Origin: Synechococcales cyanobacterium
GTDB taxonomy: Bacteria; Cyanobacteriota; Cyanobacteriia; Cyanobacteriales; Chamaesiphonaceae
Reading direction: 5' to 3'
Length of the DNA stretch: 24,000 nucleotides
NCBI GenBank assembly: GCA_043721015.1
Contig: JAYSRP010000288.1
Coordinates: 3,907 to 27,906, forward strand
Shown here in pieces: positions 23,076 to 24,000 of the stretch; within the stretch, counting starts at the first letter, position 1, and the number at the start of each line of letters is the position of its first letter. The notes beneath the pieces were generated by a model, which made no database searches, was not told the DNA's origin, and saw only the letters and a program-made list of their open reading frames with translations. The position numbers and the translations under genes were made by a program.

Positions 23076-23627
23076 TTAAGCCAAAGCAGCTTGCAGGTCT
23101 TTAGCGACCGTCTCTAGCTCTTGATGGCCATTGACTTGGCGCAGACGCTCTTGGTTTTTATAAAATGCCGTCAGGGGTGAGGTCTGCTGATGATACACCC
23201 CTAAACGATGGCGGATCGTATCGGCGTTGTCGTCGGCGCGGCCTCGTAGCATTAAGCGTTCGACCAAAATATCATCTGGTACAAATAGCTCTAAGCCCAC
23301 ATAGTCGTGCTGGTCAATTTCGACCAACAGCTTGTCTAAGAATTCTGCCTGGGCAACATTCCGAGGAAAGCCATCCAAAATCCAACCAGTAGCCGCATCA
23401 GATTGGGCTAGTCGATCGCGGATTAAATCTAGAATCAAAGAATCGGGCACCAAGTCTCCGGCATCCATATATTCTTTGGCTTTGACTCCCAATTCGGTTT
23501 GGTCTTTAACTGCCGAGCGCAGAATGTCGCCAGTAGAAATATGGGGAATATGAAAGTGCTCAGCCAAAATGGCGGCCTGAGTTCCTTTGCCAGCGCCCGG
23601 TGCGCCAATGAAAATTAGTCTGGTCAA
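23076..23627 (-). CDS. adk: Adenylate kinase (short type)
   Basis: 183 aa with the P-loop GAPGAGKGTQ plus ISTGDILR and GFPRN motifs. The start is a TTG preceded by GGAG. Confidence 0.93.
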   Translation of the reverse strand: MTRLIFIGAPGAGKGTQAAILAEHFHIPHISTGDILRSAVKDQTELGVKAKEYMDAGDLVPDSLILDLIRDRLAQSDAATGWILDGFPRNVAQAEFLDKLLVEIDQHDYVGLELFVPDDILVERLMLRGRADDNADTIRHRLGVYHQQTSPLTAFYKNQERLRQVNGHQELETVAKDLQAALA

Positions 23628-23661
23628 GTTACGCTGCGCTCCAAATATTGCTTCGCATTTT

Positions 23662-24000
23662 TTACTGTTTCACCATGCCCTCATAGCGCTGAGAGATGAC
23701 GTAGGTTTGAATTTGTTTGGCAGTCTCGATCGCCACCCCTACTAAAATCAGCAAGGAAGTAGCACCAAAGCCTCTAAAGGTGGTGATGTGCAGTGCAGAC
23801 TCAATAATACCAGGGATAATTGCCACTGCACCCAAGAAGCAGGCACCTAAGATAGTCAGGCGGTTCAATACTCCTTCGATATATTTACTAGTAGCTTGAC
23901 CAGGACGAATGCCAGGGATACTAGCACCCATTTTTTTCAGGTTCTGAGACATATCTACTGGGTTAACCACCAAAGTAGAATAGAAATAGCTAAAGAAAAT
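23662..24000 (-). CDS. secY: Preprotein translocase SecY, C-terminal part (gene continues beyond the window)
   Basis: The frame is open to the window edge. It reads ...IFFSYFYSTLVVNPVDMSQNLKKMGASIPGIRPGQATSKYI...LLILVGVAIETAKQIQ..., the conserved SecY TM7-TM10 region. The M in the track is an internal TTG. Confidence 0.9.
   Translation of the reverse strand: MFFSYFYSTLVVNPVDMSQNLKKMGASIPGIRPGQATSKYIEGVLNRLTILGACFLGAVAIIPGIIESALHITTFRGFGATSLLILVGVAIETAKQIQTYVISQRYEGMVKQ

Noticed and set aside
1-24000. CRISPR arrays, rRNA genes, toxin-antitoxin pairs, restriction-modification or other defence operons
   Set aside because: I saw no regularly spaced direct repeats with unique spacers, no rRNA-like sequence, and no gene pairs with defence-associated domains. 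The short repeats present are the IS hairpins, coding tandem repeats and palindromic spacers described above.

Overview
This is a cyanobacterial chromosomal window. Supporting signs are at least six perfect HIP1 octamers (GCGATCGC), pervasive CGATCG, ctaD-ctaE, a yggS(pipY)-sepF-proC cluster and a plastoquinone-type chorismate lyase. Most of it is ordinary, confidently assignable housekeeping DNA. From left to right: cytochrome c oxidase subunits I and III; a cobalamin riboswitch driving a translationally coupled cbiMNQO cobalt ECF transporter; argF; an AT-rich alpha/beta hydrolase next to a transposase HTH remnant; a DUF1348 protein; an M20 amidohydrolase-corA pair overlapping by TAATG; a tRNA-dihydrouridine synthase; dnaN; proC-sepF-yggS; purF; chorismate lyase; tRNA-Leu(GAG); and the end of the spc ribosomal cluster (secY partial, adk, infA). 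The only clearly accessory segment is about 12.4-15.7 kb. It holds a complete IS200/IS605-family element with divergent tnpA (Y1/HUH) and tnpB (RuvC triad present, no zinc-ribbon cysteines) and nearly identical subterminal hairpins at both ends. The element appears to have inserted into a small membrane-protein gene and is followed by a tract of decayed or short ORFs. The most unusual sequence-level observations are: (1) a GC-rich, perfectly palindromic 51-nt in-frame block inside tnpB; (2) a palindromic repeat element in the ctaD-ctaE spacer; (3) two roughly 50-bp imperfect direct repeats in the long AT-rich sepF leader; and (4) two small coiled-coil proteins, one built from tandem 33-nt coding repeats. 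I see no CRISPR array, no rRNA, no recognisable defence or toxin-antitoxin operon and no DnaA-box cluster. I cannot support a claim of a genuinely new multi-gene system here. The RNA-guided TnpB element is the closest candidate, and it belongs to a known family.
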